NCBI GenBank assembly: GCA_030037735.1
Contig: JASHQC010000056.1
Location: 1,707-65,706 of the forward strand
DNA: 64,000 nucleotides
Direction: 5' to 3'
Origin: Thermoplasmata archaeon
Lineage (GTDB): Archaea > Thermoplasmatota > Thermoplasmata > Lutacidiplasmatales > UBA184
The translations under genes were made by a program, and so were the position numbers. Below, in pieces: positions 41,896 through 52,671 of the stretch. Every line of letters begins with the position of its first letter. Position 1 is the stretch's first letter. The notes beneath the pieces were generated by a model. It searched no databases. It saw nothing but the letters and a program-made list of their open reading frames with translations, and had not been told where the DNA came from.

Positions 41896-43187
41896 GCGCG
41901 CTCCACCTCCAGCTTCAGGAAATGGGTGGCGCAGGAGATGCACGGGTCATGGTTCCGGATAGCTCGCTCACACAGGGCGGTGAGGTGGGCATCGTCCAGC
42001 GCCAGCGAACGCTCGACGACGTGCCGCACGTCCTCTTCGATGCGCTTCTGGTTCTGCGCCGTCGGCGCGATGATCTCTGCAGCCTCGATCCGGCCGTCGG
42101 AAGCGAGCTGGTACCGGTGGAACAAGAGGCCCCGGGGGGCCTCGGTGGCGGCGGCTCCTACGCCGCCGTGGAACTCGCCGGTCGGTTCGACCCACGCGGT
42201 TTCGGGAGGGCGGTACACGGAGAGGAGGCGCAGCGCCTCTTCGCAGGCGTAGACCATCTCGATGCTCCGCACGAGGATGCTCCGGAACGGGTTCCGGACC
42301 ACCGGTTCCAAGCCCACCTCGCGAGCGATCGACTTCGCCCGGGGAGAGAGCTGCGAGCCATTCAGCGCGTACCGGGCGAGCGCTCCTACGAGGTAGGGAG
42401 TGCCTCCCTTGCGGACCGATTGGAGGGCATGCGTGTAGGCCACCGGCGCCCGCTCAAAGGCCTCGTCGAACCGGCTGGCCGACACCCGAACTCCTCGGCT
42501 CGAGACGATCTCCCCCTCGTTCATCGCATATTCTTCCGGATGCTGAAGCGCGACGAACTCGTAGTCCTCCTCCGCGTCGGGGAAAGGCAGGCCGGCGGCG
42601 AAGTGGACCGTCTCCTCGGCGATTTCGAGCGCGGACTCGAGCGTCGGCCGCAGGCTTTCCAGTTCCTCCCGGCTCGGCACGCGATAGAAACCGCCTACGC
42701 GCACATTGATGGGGTGGATCTCCCGGCCGCCCAGCATCTGCATGACGGCATTGCCGGCTTTCTTGAGGGCAAGGCCTCGTTTCACGGTCTCCGGGTCGTC
42801 CTTGGCCATCCGGACCGCGTCCGGGTATCCCAGGAAATCCGGGGTGTGCAGCAGGTACACGTGCAGCGCATGGCTCTCGATCCACTCGCCACAGTAGAAC
42901 AGCCGACGCAGCTCTCGCAGCGCGCCTCCGACCGAGATGCCGTAGGCCTGCTCCATCGCGTGGACGGCGCTCATCTGGTACGCCACCGGGCAGATGCCGC
43001 AGATCCGTGCCGTAATGTCCGGCGCCTCGGTGTACATCCGACCCCGTAAGAACGCCTCGAAGAACCGGGGCGGCTCGAAGATTCGGAGCTCGACGTGCTC
43101 GACCCGTCCGTCCTCGAGCTTAACGTGGAGCGAGCCCTCGCCTTCTACGCGGGTCAAGTAGTCCACCGCAATCGTGCGCTCGGTCAT
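41892..43187 (-). CDS. Group 3b [NiFe]-hydrogenase large (alpha) subunit
   Basis: [24 protein letters not shown] (L1), DPCISCATH (L2) plus a cleavable tail; ATG 43187. Confidence 0.95.
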   Translation of the reverse strand: MTERTIAVDYLTRVEGEGSLHVKLEDGRVEHVELRIFEPPRFFEAFLRGRMYTEAPDITARICGICPVAYQMSAVHAMEQAYGISVGGALRELRRLFYCGEWIESHALHVYLLHTPDFLGYPDAVRMAKDDPETVKRGLALKKAGNAVMQMLGGREIHPINVRVGGFYRVPSREELESLRPTLESALEIAEETVHFAAGLPFPDAEEDYEFVALQHPEEYAMNEGEIVSSRGVRVSASRFDEAFERAPVAYTHALQSVRKGGTPYLVGALARYALNGSQLSPRAKSIAREVGLEPVVRNPFRSILVRSIEMVYACEEALRLLSVYRPPETAWVEPTGEFHGGVGAAATEAPRGLLFHRYQLASDGRIEAAEIIAPTAQNQKRIEEDVRHVVERSLALDDAHLTALCERAIRNHDPCISCATHFLKLEVERA

Positions 43188-43972
43188 CCGCCGGCTCCCT
43201 CTCCTCCCACCGAATCGCCGGCGGCCCGGAATGCCGGCGCGTCGGCGTTGTAGGTCCGGAACACTCGTCGCACCGCGTCGGGAGCCATGCCAAGGTACCC
43301 CAGGTTCCGGATCAGGGAGGCCGTGTTCGGGGAGTCCATCGGTCCAAAGCAGCCGTAGCATCCGCGGTGGTAGGCCGGGCAAATGGCGCCGCAGCCGGTC
43401 TGGGTTACCGGACCGAGGCAGGGAGTTCCCCGGGCCACCACTACGCAGACGTTCCCGCGGCGCTTGCACTCGACGCAGACGCTCTCCGTGGGCACGTTCG
43501 GTGCCCGACGGGTGAGGAAGGCCGACACGACCTCGAGGAGCTGCGCCTTGTTGATCGGGCAGCCGCGGAGTTCGAAATCGACGGCGACGTGGTCGCGGAT
43601 CGCCGTTGACGCGGCGAGCGTCGCGATGAAGTCCGGCCGCGCGTACACGACGCGCTGGAACTCCTCCACGTTGCCGAAGTTGCGGAGCGCCTGAATCCCC
43701 CCGGCCGTGGCGCAAGCGCCGATCGTGACGAGCGTGCGGGACTGGGCCCGGACCTCCCGGATGCGCGCGGCGTCCTCGGGCGTCGTGATCGAGCCCTCGA
43801 CCAGCGAGAGGTCGTACGGGCCTTCGACGACCGCCGAAGAGGCCTCGCGGAAGTTCGCAATCTCGACCGCGTTGGCGACCGCGAGCAACTCGTCCTCGCA
43901 ATCGAGCATCGTCAGCTGGCAGCCGTCGCAGGAGGCGAACTTCCAGACCGCCAACCGGGGGCGAGGCACCAT
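43184..43972 (-). CDS. Group 3b [NiFe]-hydrogenase small (delta) subunit
   Basis: [29 protein letters not shown]...CLGP...CGAICP...CYGC. Confidence 0.94.
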   Translation of the reverse strand: MVPRPRLAVWKFASCDGCQLTMLDCEDELLAVANAVEIANFREASSAVVEGPYDLSLVEGSITTPEDAARIREVRAQSRTLVTIGACATAGGIQALRNFGNVEEFQRVVYARPDFIATLAASTAIRDHVAVDFELRGCPINKAQLLEVVSAFLTRRAPNVPTESVCVECKRRGNVCVVVARGTPCLGPVTQTGCGAICPAYHRGCYGCFGPMDSPNTASLIRNLGYLGMAPDAVRRVFRTYNADAPAFRAAGDSVGGEGAGG

Positions 43973-43977
43973 CGGCT

Positions 43978-44841
43978 TCAGATCTCCCTCGCGGCCAGCC
44001 AGTCGCGCACGACGTCGTACCGGAAGACCGGGCCGTCCCGGCAGACGAACTCGGGACCGAACTGGCAGTGTCCGCAAATGCCCACGGCGCACTTCATATT
44101 GCGCTCCATCGAGATCCAGATGGAGGACCGGGGGATCCCGCGCGCCTCGAGGTCCCGCGCGGCGTACTTCATCATGATCTCCGGGCCGCAGAGGAAGGCG
44201 ATCGTGTTGCCGGGCTCAAATCGCACGTCCGGAATCCGGGCCGTCACGAGCCCAACGTCCCCGTACCAGCTCCGGTCCGCCGCATCGACCGTGACCTGGA
44301 ACCGGAGGTCGGACCGCTGTCGCCACTCCTGAATCTGGTCGTAATAGACCAGGTCCTTCGGCGTCCGCGCCCCGTAGACCACCTCGATGCGTCCGTACTG
44401 CGCGCGATGAGACAGGAAATGGTACAGGACCGGGCGCAAGGGCGGTAGCCCGAGACCCCCTGCCATCAGGACGACGTCTCGGCCCGCGGCAGCGTCGACG
44501 GGCCACCCGCGACCGTAAGGGCCCCGGACTCCCACGGCCTTGCCCGGCGGCAATTGGGCGAGCGCCGCGGTGATCCGTCCCGCATTGCGGACCGTGTGCA
44601 CGACCTGGGTGGAGTCCGTCGGGTCACCGCTCAGCGAGATCGCCGCTTCGCCGACCCCGAACACGTAGAGCATGTTGAATTGCCCCGGGAGGGCCGGAGG
44701 GACCGGCCCGCCATCCATCGGAGCGAGGACAAGGGTGTTCGTGTCCCCGGTTTCCGCCGTCTGGCGCCGCACGAAGTACGGTGCCGGCGCGAGCGGATGG
44801 GACGAGGGCGCGGGCGACGGAGAAGGGACATCAGAGGCCAT
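43978..44841 (-). CDS. Group 3b hydrogenase FAD/NAD(P)-binding (gamma) subunit
   Basis: [40 protein letters not shown]...CRDGPVF. Confidence 0.93.
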   Translation of the reverse strand: MASDVPSPSPAPSSHPLAPAPYFVRRQTAETGDTNTLVLAPMDGGPVPPALPGQFNMLYVFGVGEAAISLSGDPTDSTQVVHTVRNAGRITAALAQLPPGKAVGVRGPYGRGWPVDAAAGRDVVLMAGGLGLPPLRPVLYHFLSHRAQYGRIEVVYGARTPKDLVYYDQIQEWRQRSDLRFQVTVDAADRSWYGDVGLVTARIPDVRFEPGNTIAFLCGPEIMMKYAARDLEARGIPRSSIWISMERNMKCAVGICGHCQFGPEFVCRDGPVFRYDVVRDWLAAREI

Positions 44842-45313
44842 GGATGTCCAACAACTGGATCTGGGTGTTCTCCAAACGCTGCGCAAGGATTGGCAGGAGC
44901 CGCACGAGGAACCGGTAGCCCTGCTCCGGATGGTTCGCGAGGGTCTGACGGAACTCGGTTCCATCGATTGCGAGCACTTGCGTCGGTTTCAGCGCCCGGG
45001 CGTCGAACCGCCACAGGTACGGAGGGACCAGCCACGACCACCCCAGGACCTCCCCGGGCCCGACGGTCTGAATCGTGAGGTGGGGCTTCTCCGCAGTGGC
45101 AACCTCGAGCGCAACCTTGCCATGAAATACGAGATAGAACCAGTGGGCCGGGTCGCCGTCGCGGACGAGCATCTCGCCCGTGTCGAATCGCCGCTCCTTG
45201 GCGAGCCGGGACGCTTCCCGCGTGAGTTGGGGATCCAGACCGATGAAGAACGGATGATCCGCCACTCGGAGCGGGGCCTCCGGTTCCGGGCGGCCATGCG
45301 GATCGCCGCTCAT
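44831..45313 (-). CDS. Stand-alone cyclic-nucleotide-binding domain protein
   Basis: HPFF.GL, GDPAHWFYLVFHGKV, VGPGEVLGWSWL, RLENTQIQLLD. Confidence 0.9.
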   Translation of the reverse strand: MSGDPHGRPEPEAPLRVADHPFFIGLDPQLTREASRLAKERRFDTGEMLVRDGDPAHWFYLVFHGKVALEVATAEKPHLTIQTVGPGEVLGWSWLVPPYLWRFDARALKPTQVLAIDGTEFRQTLANHPEQGYRFLVRLLPILAQRLENTQIQLLDIHGL

Positions 45314-46467
45314 CAATGTCCGCCTCCCGGCGTGGGAGCCGGTGGAGGCACCCGCAGCGCGGCGACTTCCTCGGTGATGTCGATGGCGACCGGGCACCAC
45401 GTGATGCACCGGCCACAGCCGACGCACCCGGAGGTCCCGAACTGGTCGTGCCAGCTCCCCAGCTTGTGCGTGAGCCACTGGCGGTACCGGGAGGACGAAC
45501 TGGCGCGGACCGGCGTGGCATGGAGCTTCGTGAACTCGAGGTTGAAACAGGAATCCCAGCGTCGCCACCGTTCGGTCTTCTCCGCATCGAGGCTGGGAAC
45601 CTCCTCGGTGGTGTGACAGAAACAGGTGGGACAGGCCATCGTGCAGTTCGTGCAGGAAAGACAGCGCTTGGCCACTCGCTCCCACCGAGGATGGTCCGGA
45701 TTCGAGAGGAGGAGGTCGCGGAGCCCCGTGGGATCCATCGACCGGCCCATCGAGGAGGCGGTGTGGGCCACGATGGCAGTGACCGTCCGGTCCGCCTCGT
45801 CTGTCGGGGGACGCAGCGGAACCGACCTCAAAACCGATCCCCCGGCCTCCGTGCCTACGGCGACGAGGAACTCGTGCCGGCCTTCTGTGAGGATTTCAGT
45901 GAGCGACAGGTCGTAATCGCTTGTGACGCCTGGGCCGGTTCCCATGGAAACGCAGAAACAGGTGCCGCCGGCTTGGCCACATTGGACGGCGACGCGGAGG
46001 ACCCGAGTTCGCCGGGCACTGTAGCTCGGGTCGGGGATTCCTCCCATGAACACCTTGTCCGTGATCTTCAGGGCCGCGAGCTCGCAGGCCCGCACCCCGA
46101 GGAACGCCAGCGGCGTCGGATCCGATGGCTCGGATATCACCGCGAACGTGGGGCCGTCCCGGGTCGCTGTCCAGAGCCGCTCATGCGACGGAAAGAGGTA
46201 CTTCTTCCAGCTGTGCGGCCCGACCACGTAACCGAAGAGCGCCTGGTCGGACCGGCGCTCGAGACGGTACCTGCCGGCGTCCTGGCGTTCGGTCCACCCG
46301 ATCGGCAAGTCGGACTCGGCCTGGATGTCGCCGTAGACGATCGCCCCGTCACGCACCGTCGGCCCGACGATCCGGTAACCCGCCGTACGAATCGAGGTGA
46401 GGAACGCGGAGAAATCTCTCCGGTCGAGAAGGAATCGGTCTCCGGCCGCCGGACTCGCCGCCGTCAT
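45313..46467 (-). CDS. Group 3b hydrogenase Fe-S (beta) subunit
   Basis: GVRACEL, TCFCVSMG, CLSCTNCTMACPTCFC, CVGCGRCITWCP. Confidence 0.93.
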   Translation of the reverse strand: MTAASPAAGDRFLLDRRDFSAFLTSIRTAGYRIVGPTVRDGAIVYGDIQAESDLPIGWTERQDAGRYRLERRSDQALFGYVVGPHSWKKYLFPSHERLWTATRDGPTFAVISEPSDPTPLAFLGVRACELAALKITDKVFMGGIPDPSYSARRTRVLRVAVQCGQAGGTCFCVSMGTGPGVTSDYDLSLTEILTEGRHEFLVAVGTEAGGSVLRSVPLRPPTDEADRTVTAIVAHTASSMGRSMDPTGLRDLLLSNPDHPRWERVAKRCLSCTNCTMACPTCFCHTTEEVPSLDAEKTERWRRWDSCFNLEFTKLHATPVRASSSSRYRQWLTHKLGSWHDQFGTSGCVGCGRCITWCPVAIDITEEVAALRVPPPAPTPGGGH

Positions 46468-46590
46468 CGAGCCCTCCACGCCCTCCCCGGATCGGGGGGC
46501 CGGGCGAGACAGAGGCTTACCGGATAATAGCCCCTCGCTGCTCCCACTGGCTGGGTGGGTGCGGGACGGCCCGGCCCCATCGCCGGAACC

Positions 46591-47481
46591 TCACGTGCCG
46601 CTCTCAAGACGGAGCAGACGCTGCCAGTCCGCGTTGACCTGCGCCTGCACCCGAGCCAGGTCCTCCGGAACGAGATGCGAGAACCGTCCCTGCGCCTGGA
46701 AATACTCGGTCACCGGTCGAAGCGATCCTCCTTTCCGGGTCACGTGATAGCGGCCCTCCTCGACTTCATAGAGCGGAAAGATGCCGCAGTCCGTCGCTTT
46801 CCTTCCGATCTCGATCGTCTGGTCCGACGGGTACCGCCAGCCGGGTGGGCAGGGGGTGAAGATGTGGAAGAACCGGGGGCCGCGCAGGGCCGCCGCTTTC
46901 TCCACCTTTCGGACGAAATCTTCCGGAAAGCTCGGGTTCACCGTGGCCGCGTAGACCGGCCGGTGCGCGAGGACGATTCCCATGACGTCCTTCTTCGGCT
47001 CCGCCTTCCCGCGCGCCCCGTCCCCGACGGGGGTCGTGGTGGTCCAGGCCCCAAGCGGGGTCGCCCCGCTGCGCTGAACCCCCGTGTTCATGTACGCTTC
47101 GTTGTCGTACATCGCGTAGATCGCGTTGGTGCGACGCTCGAGCATACCGCTCAGGGCCTGGAGGCCGATATCGGCCGTTCCGCCGTCCCCGGCGAATCCG
47201 AGTATATGCACGTCAGTAAGCCCCAAGGCGTCGGCCGCGGCGCGGAGGCCCGAGATCGACGCGCCGGTTGACTCAATCGGGTTGTCCAGCATCGCGACAC
47301 CTAACGCGGTCGTGGGGTAGGGCGTGGCAACGACCGTCCAGCAGCAGGCCGGCACCGACACGATCGTCCGGGGGCCCAGGCCCTTCAGCATGAGCCGCAT
47401 CGCGAGGGCAGGGGCGCACCCCGGACAGGCGGAGTGGCCCGAGTACATCAGCTCCGGGGCCGGAATCGTGAGTTTAACCAT
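46591..47481 (-). CDS. porB: 2-oxoacid (pyruvate):ferredoxin oxidoreductase beta subunit
   Basis: GHSACPGC, AGDGGTADIG, YDNEAYMNTGVQRS, PCPPGW. Confidence 0.93.
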   Translation of the reverse strand: MVKLTIPAPELMYSGHSACPGCAPALAMRLMLKGLGPRTIVSVPACCWTVVATPYPTTALGVAMLDNPIESTGASISGLRAAADALGLTDVHILGFAGDGGTADIGLQALSGMLERRTNAIYAMYDNEAYMNTGVQRSGATPLGAWTTTTPVGDGARGKAEPKKDVMGIVLAHRPVYAATVNPSFPEDFVRKVEKAAALRGPRFFHIFTPCPPGWRYPSDQTIEIGRKATDCGIFPLYEVEEGRYHVTRKGGSLRPVTEYFQAQGRFSHLVPEDLARVQAQVNADWQRLLRLESGT

Positions 47482-48658
47482 GGGCCACCTCCTCGGCCGG
47501 GGGCGGAAGGTCCATCCAGCGGGTTTCCGGACCTTTTCCGGCGAGCAACCGACCGAACATCTCGCGAATGTGGTTCGGCGTCACTTCCCTCCCTCCGATT
47601 CCCACTAGGAAACTGGACAACACCGGGTGATGGGAACTGCGGTAGAGGGCGGCCGCCACCTCCGTCGCGGCCGGACCGGCCGCGCCGAACGTGAAGGACC
47701 GGTCCACCACTCCGATGCGATCGGTCCGTCGGGCCAATTCCCGGAACTCCTCTGCCGGGAACGGTCGGAACAACCGCAGCTTAGCGAGTCCGACCTTGTT
47801 TCCCTCGGCGCGCATCTCATCGACAACCGTTCGGGCGGTCGTGGTCATCGTGCCCATTGTGACCAGCACCGCGTCCGCGTCGCCGGTGCGGTAGTGGGAT
47901 ACTGCTCCCCCGTGGGAGCGCCCCGTGAGCGATTGGTAATGCTGCTCGATCCGGTGGAATGCCTCGGGCACCCGTTCCATCGCCTTCGCGACCTCGCGGC
48001 GGAACTCGACGTACTCCTTCGGCCCGGTGAACGATCCGAGTCGGGCGGGCACGCCCGGCACGAGGACCGCCCGGGCGTCGCGAGCCGGCAGGAAGGAGTC
48101 CACCAACGAAGGGTCGGGGACCTCGACCGGCTCGACGGTGTGTGAGAGAAAGAACGCGTCCTCGGTGACCATGACGGGCAGGCGGATCGCCGGATCCTCG
48201 GCGAGACGGTAGGCCTGGAGCACCGTGTCCAGGACCTCCTGGTTGCTCTCCGCATAGAACTGGATCCAACCCGTGTCCCGCTGGGACATGGTGTCCGCGT
48301 GGTCTGCTCCCAGGGACCAGGGCGGAGCGACGGACCGGTTCACGACGCCCATGACGATTGGGGTCCGCATCCCAGCCGCCCAATGCAGGAGCTCGTGCAT
48401 CAGCAGCAGTCCCTGGCTCGACGTGGCGGTGTACGTGCGCGCCCCGAGCGCCGAGGCGCTGATGCAGACCTGCAGGGCGCTGTGCTCAGACTCCACCTTA
48501 ACGAACTGAGCGGGGAGCGTGCCGGCGGCGACGAAGTCCGCCAACTCCTCGACGATCGATGTTTGGGGGGTGATCGGATAAGCAGCGATTACTTGGACGC
48601 GGGCCCGGCACGCCGCGTAGGCCTGAGCGGAATTCCCGGACATCACCATCAGCGTCAT
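47474..48658 (-). CDS. porA: 2-oxoacid (pyruvate):ferredoxin oxidoreductase alpha subunit
   Basis: AYPITPQT, VESEHSA, TATSSQGL, LRLFRPFP. Confidence 0.93.
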   Translation of the reverse strand: MTLMVMSGNSAQAYAACRARVQVIAAYPITPQTSIVEELADFVAAGTLPAQFVKVESEHSALQVCISASALGARTYTATSSQGLLLMHELLHWAAGMRTPIVMGVVNRSVAPPWSLGADHADTMSQRDTGWIQFYAESNQEVLDTVLQAYRLAEDPAIRLPVMVTEDAFFLSHTVEPVEVPDPSLVDSFLPARDARAVLVPGVPARLGSFTGPKEYVEFRREVAKAMERVPEAFHRIEQHYQSLTGRSHGGAVSHYRTGDADAVLVTMGTMTTTARTVVDEMRAEGNKVGLAKLRLFRPFPAEEFRELARRTDRIGVVDRSFTFGAAGPAATEVAAALYRSSHHPVLSSFLVGIGGREVTPNHIREMFGRLLAGKGPETRWMDLPPPAEEVAHG

Positions 48659-48667
48659 CCAACCCTC

Positions 48668-49531
48668 CTATACCTCCTCCACCATCTCGATCACGCGCGG
48701 CGGGCACTCGACCACGCAGATTCCGCACCCCTTGCAGTACTCGTACCGGACCACGGGGTAGCCCTTCTCGTCGAACTGGAACGCGTCGTCCGGGCAGAAC
48801 TTCCAGCAGAAGTTGCACCGCGTGCAGTGCTCAAGATGGACGACCGGCCGCAGGGTCCGCCAAGCCGCAGTGTGGATGAGCTCGCTCGACAGGGTGGCCA
48901 TCGGTCCCTCGGGCAACTGCGGGGTGGGGCCCACGGCCCGAGGGACCGGTGGGGTGAAGGGCATGTTTGCCTCCACCATTCGTACAGCGTGATATCCGTC
49001 TTCGGCAGCGGCTCGGTTTTCCGCCTGCCGAGCCGGCACGAACTCCTCGATGGCTTGGTCGAGGGCGGTCATCGACACGACCCCCGAGGCAGCCACCAGC
49101 GCCCCCAAGACCGCAGTGTTCACGATCGGCATCGTCAAACTGCCCAGTCCATGGGCGACGGCGATCTGGTTGGCGTCGACCACCGCACGACGGGCCGGCA
49201 CCGGGATCATCAGCTCCTGAGCCGGGTTCCGAGTATTGACCAGCAGGAGTCCGTCCTCCTTGAGTCCGTCGGTGACCGGCTGCGTCCGGAGAAGGCTCGG
49301 CTCCAGCACGACGACGATGTCGGGGGTCGTGATCGACGTGCGGATGCCGAGCGGGTGGTCGTCGATCCGGGTGTACGCGGTGACCGGGGCCCCGCGTCGC
49401 TCGACGCCGAAGAAGGGGAAGCTTTGGGGCCTCTTGCCATCCAAGAACGCCGCCTGAGCGAGTAGCTCGGAAGCGACGACGGCGCCCTGGCCGCCACGCC
49501 CATGGAAGCGAATCTCTATCGTGGCCCCCAC
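48668..49531 (-). CDS. Fused gamma-delta subunit of 2-oxoacid:ferredoxin oxidoreductase
   Basis: [18 protein letters not shown]-terminal WR..RP...[12 protein letters not shown]...[12 protein letters not shown]. Confidence 0.92.
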
Positions 49532-49723
49532 CCCGGTCTGTAAGCCCCGGGACGGCCCATTAAGTGACAGTCAGTCCGGATTGACCGGGCCGGCGGTACG
49601 CTCAGGAAGCAAGCGAGGGAGTTGGGCTCTCGGGGGCCCGGGCGGGTGGGGGCGAACGGGTGGAGGCGGCCGCGGAGTGAACCACAAGGAGGGGCCGGTC
49701 GGCATTCCCCTGCGGCTGGCGGC

Positions 49724-51367
49724 TCACTCGTTCTCGTCGCGCGAAGGCGATGGCACGTTCTTAACCGCGACGCGGCGGAATAGAGTGCGCTCGAGGATCT
49801 GAACCATGCCGGCGAGCGCGAGCGCCATGACCGCCGTCGCGAGGCCGAACGCCTGCTCATTTCCGGCGCCTACGTACGAGCGCTGATCGAGGATGAATCC
49901 CAGCGGGACGAGCAGCCCGGCCAAAGTCATCACGACCAGCGCCGAGGAACCATCCCAGAAATCGCTCGAAGACAGGGCCGGCCGGGCCGACGCAACGGGT
50001 GGGAGCGTCTTGGGTGCTGCGGCGGGCGAAGTGGGCATTTGTCCCGCGACTGGGGCCACCGCTAAGCGCGCCCGATATGTGCGCCGGTAGCGGAGATATA
50101 GGAACCCGATGACCAGACCTTCCACCACGGCGAGCGTCCCGAGATAGGACACGTACATCGAGAGGGGGATCGTCACTCCCGGCATGACCCCGCCCCAGAT
50201 GGTCATCAGGCCGAAGAACGAGAGAAGGTAGGTCGCCGTGAAGAGAACCACCGGCCGGTCGCGAGGATGGGTTCGGGGGTTCTTCAACCGGCGACTGGCG
50301 CGGCCGACCACGGTCTCGATCCAGGGGATGAACAGGATGAACACCGCGAGCAGGCCGACCAGGAGCACCGCGACGGTCGGCGTGACGTACTGGAAGTCGG
50401 CGACCTTGTAGAGCCAGAGGAAGTACCAGTCCGGCTCAGGTGATGCCCCTCCCTGGCCGGGGGCGCCGAACGCTGGCGGAAGCTTGACTAGGAACGCCGA
50501 CGCGATGAGCAGGAGGCAGCCAACGTAGACGAACCCCCACTTGAGCATGTAGAGGAAGACCCTGGGAAACCAGCTGCCGAGCTTCCGGTCATCGGAGGCG
50601 GTCAGCACCCGTTTCGCTTGAGGGTCGCTGCTCGCCCGGGGCCCGATCCCATGGGATTCGAACAAGGTCACGTGAACGTACAAGAGGGTCAGGAGTGCGA
50701 CCGGGATGAGCACGACGTGCAGGGCGAACATCCGCGAGAGAAGTCCCTGGAACGTCCCGTTACCTTGGATGAGCGGGTACGAGATCGGGCCGATGACCGG
50801 GACGGAGTGGACCAGCGCAAGCCCCACGTCCGTAGCGCCGACCGACAGTGCGGTGTAGGGAAGGAGATAGCCCGTGAATCCCATCCCGAGCATCAGGAAC
50901 AGTAGAATCGTCCCCAGCATCCACGAAACCTCCCGGGGCCGTTTGTACACCCCGGTGTAGAATCCACGGAAGAAGTGGACAAACGCGAGCATGATCACCG
51001 CATACGCGCCGTACAGGTGGCTGGAGAGCAGCAACCAGCCGAACGGGGCCGTTTGGATGATGTACAGTGTCGACGTCCACGCCTGGGGCAAGCCGCCCGT
51101 CGTGATGGACGCGGTCGACGGGTCGTAGTAGAACAGGAGGAGCAGTCCGGTGAGAACCTGGAGCATGAACCCGACCGCGACGAAGGCGCCGGTCCAATAC
51201 GACGGGTTGAAACTGAATTCCGGCTGGGGACGATACGGCCACTTGGAAATGTGGGTTCGGCTCTCGAGGAAGTTCCAGAGGGAATTCAAGGAGCGATTGT
51301 AGAGCGACGAAACCGGGCCCAGCGTCGGCGGCACCGGGTGAATCGTCCCCCCTTCGGTTTGCGCCAT
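49724..51367 (-). CDS. Cytochrome b of a Rieske/cytb complex (b plus subunit IV, C-terminal extension)
   Basis: Heme His pairs (SHLYGA...VHFFRG; LHVV...VHV), GFTGYLLP, Qo motif PDWY. Confidence 0.93.
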   Translation of the reverse strand: MAQTEGGTIHPVPPTLGPVSSLYNRSLNSLWNFLESRTHISKWPYRPQPEFSFNPSYWTGAFVAVGFMLQVLTGLLLLFYYDPSTASITTGGLPQAWTSTLYIIQTAPFGWLLLSSHLYGAYAVIMLAFVHFFRGFYTGVYKRPREVSWMLGTILLFLMLGMGFTGYLLPYTALSVGATDVGLALVHSVPVIGPISYPLIQGNGTFQGLLSRMFALHVVLIPVALLTLLYVHVTLFESHGIGPRASSDPQAKRVLTASDDRKLGSWFPRVFLYMLKWGFVYVGCLLLIASAFLVKLPPAFGAPGQGGASPEPDWYFLWLYKVADFQYVTPTVAVLLVGLLAVFILFIPWIETVVGRASRRLKNPRTHPRDRPVVLFTATYLLSFFGLMTIWGGVMPGVTIPLSMYVSYLGTLAVVEGLVIGFLYLRYRRTYRARLAVAPVAGQMPTSPAAAPKTLPPVASARPALSSSDFWDGSSALVVMTLAGLLVPLGFILDQRSYVGAGNEQAFGLATAVMALALAGMVQILERTLFRRVAVKNVPSPSRDENE

Positions 51368-51379
51368 CGAGTCCCTCCG

Positions 51380-52204
51380 CTAGACCGGGCACTGCTGGGT
51401 CGGCACCTGCGGAGCTTCGCACGTGACCGGATTGAAGACGACGTTCCCCCCGATGAGGGTCGAGGTGTGCCCCTTCACCGGAGGACCGATCACGTCCGAG
51501 GCGAACACCTGGTCGGTGGTCTGGTCCCACAGGAGAACGACCTGGGGAAGCGGCGACATGGTCGGACCCGTGATGATCGCGGCCCCGCCTCCCGGCGCCG
51601 ACACCGCAGGGTTGTATGTGGAGCCGTGGCAGACGCAATGGATGAACGCGGCGCCGTTGTTGAAGGTGCCACAGGCGCCCGGGGGATAGTACGAAATGAA
51701 CGGCGGGATGCAGCCCAGGTGCTGGCAGACCGCCGAGAACGCGACCAACGACTGGGTGGGGCCAATCCCTCCTGGAGCCGACGTCGGTAGGTTCAGCAGG
51801 ATGTTGGGTTCGTTATCCAATGGATAGTTGAACACGATCAGGTCCGTGGAGGTCGGAGGATAGCGATAGGTGGAGGCGAGTACGGGGGTCCCGTCCGAGT
51901 AAAGGAGCTGGACCCTCGGGTACGTCGCGGACCCCGCAGGAGGAGGGACGGCGAATCGAAGGAAGCTGGCCACCCCCGCGGTTCCCAGGGCGAGCATCCC
52001 CCCGATCAGTGCCAGCTTGAGCGTGCTGCGCTTGGCCTCGTCCACCTCCTCAGAACTGGGGGCGGGAATGGCGTCCAGCCGGCGCACGATCCCCGGCGGG
52101 AACCGCGTCGCCTCCCGTTGCGGGAGTCGAAAGAAGGAAGGGTGAGCCGAGGGACACAGCGCGCAGTCCGAATTTCCGAACGGCCCGCCCCCGAGTTCCA
52201 TCAT
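51380..52204 (-). CDS. Rieske [2Fe-2S] protein
   Basis: CQHLGC and CVCHGSTY boxes; Tat-like KRSTLK followed by a TM helix. Confidence 0.93.
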   Translation of the reverse strand: MMELGGGPFGNSDCALCPSAHPSFFRLPQREATRFPPGIVRRLDAIPAPSSEEVDEAKRSTLKLALIGGMLALGTAGVASFLRFAVPPPAGSATYPRVQLLYSDGTPVLASTYRYPPTSTDLIVFNYPLDNEPNILLNLPTSAPGGIGPTQSLVAFSAVCQHLGCIPPFISYYPPGACGTFNNGAAFIHCVCHGSTYNPAVSAPGGGAAIITGPTMSPLPQVVLLWDQTTDQVFASDVIGPPVKGHTSTLIGGNVVFNPVTCEAPQVPTQQCPV

Positions 52205-52671
52205 TCTCCCTCCTCCACCGTCGGGGCCTCGGGCGCGTGATACGCTCGTCCGAGCTTCCGGTCCTCCTGGTACTCCTCCTCCTCTTCGGCAGTGACCGGC
52301 ACTTCCCGGGCCTCGCCGGGCAGTTCCGCTCGGTCGGAGTCCTTGAACACGTAGGCGACGATTCCGATTCCTGCCAGGAGGAACCCGACCTCGGTCAGAT
52401 TGAGGATGGCGACACAATTCCACTGGACGCCGAGAATGGACGGCCCCGACGTGGGGCAGAGATTATCGGGATTGGACCCGGACGGGTCGCCGCCGGAGCC
52501 GTTGCCGGCCGGCGGGGAAGAGGTGCTCAGAGAGAGCGTCGGACCCCTTTCGGGGGAGGGTGAAACCCCGGCCATCACCCCGAAGAGCGCCGGCGAGCAG
52601 AGACTGACCAGGAGCCCCCAGAGTAGGAGTGCCGGGAGCAGCGGCCGGCATTGCGCGCACCGGCGTTTCAT
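52201..52671 (-). CDS. Small membrane protein of the Rieske/cytb operon
   Basis: Two hydrophobic segments; ATGA-type coupling to the Rieske gene; overlaps the upstream cupredoxin stop. Confidence 0.6.
   Translation of the reverse strand: MKRRCAQCRPLLPALLLWGLLVSLCSPALFGVMAGVSPSPERGPTLSLSTSSPPAGNGSGGDPSGSNPDNLCPTSGPSILGVQWNCVAILNLTEVGFLLAGIGIVAYVFKDSDRAELPGEAREVPVTAEEEEEYQEDRKLGRAYHAPEAPTVEEGE

Noticed and set aside
43188..43901. 669-aa fused hydrogenase large subunit
   Set aside because: The extension is an out-of-frame overlap with the small subunit gene. The real start is ATG 43187, coupled to the upstream stop.
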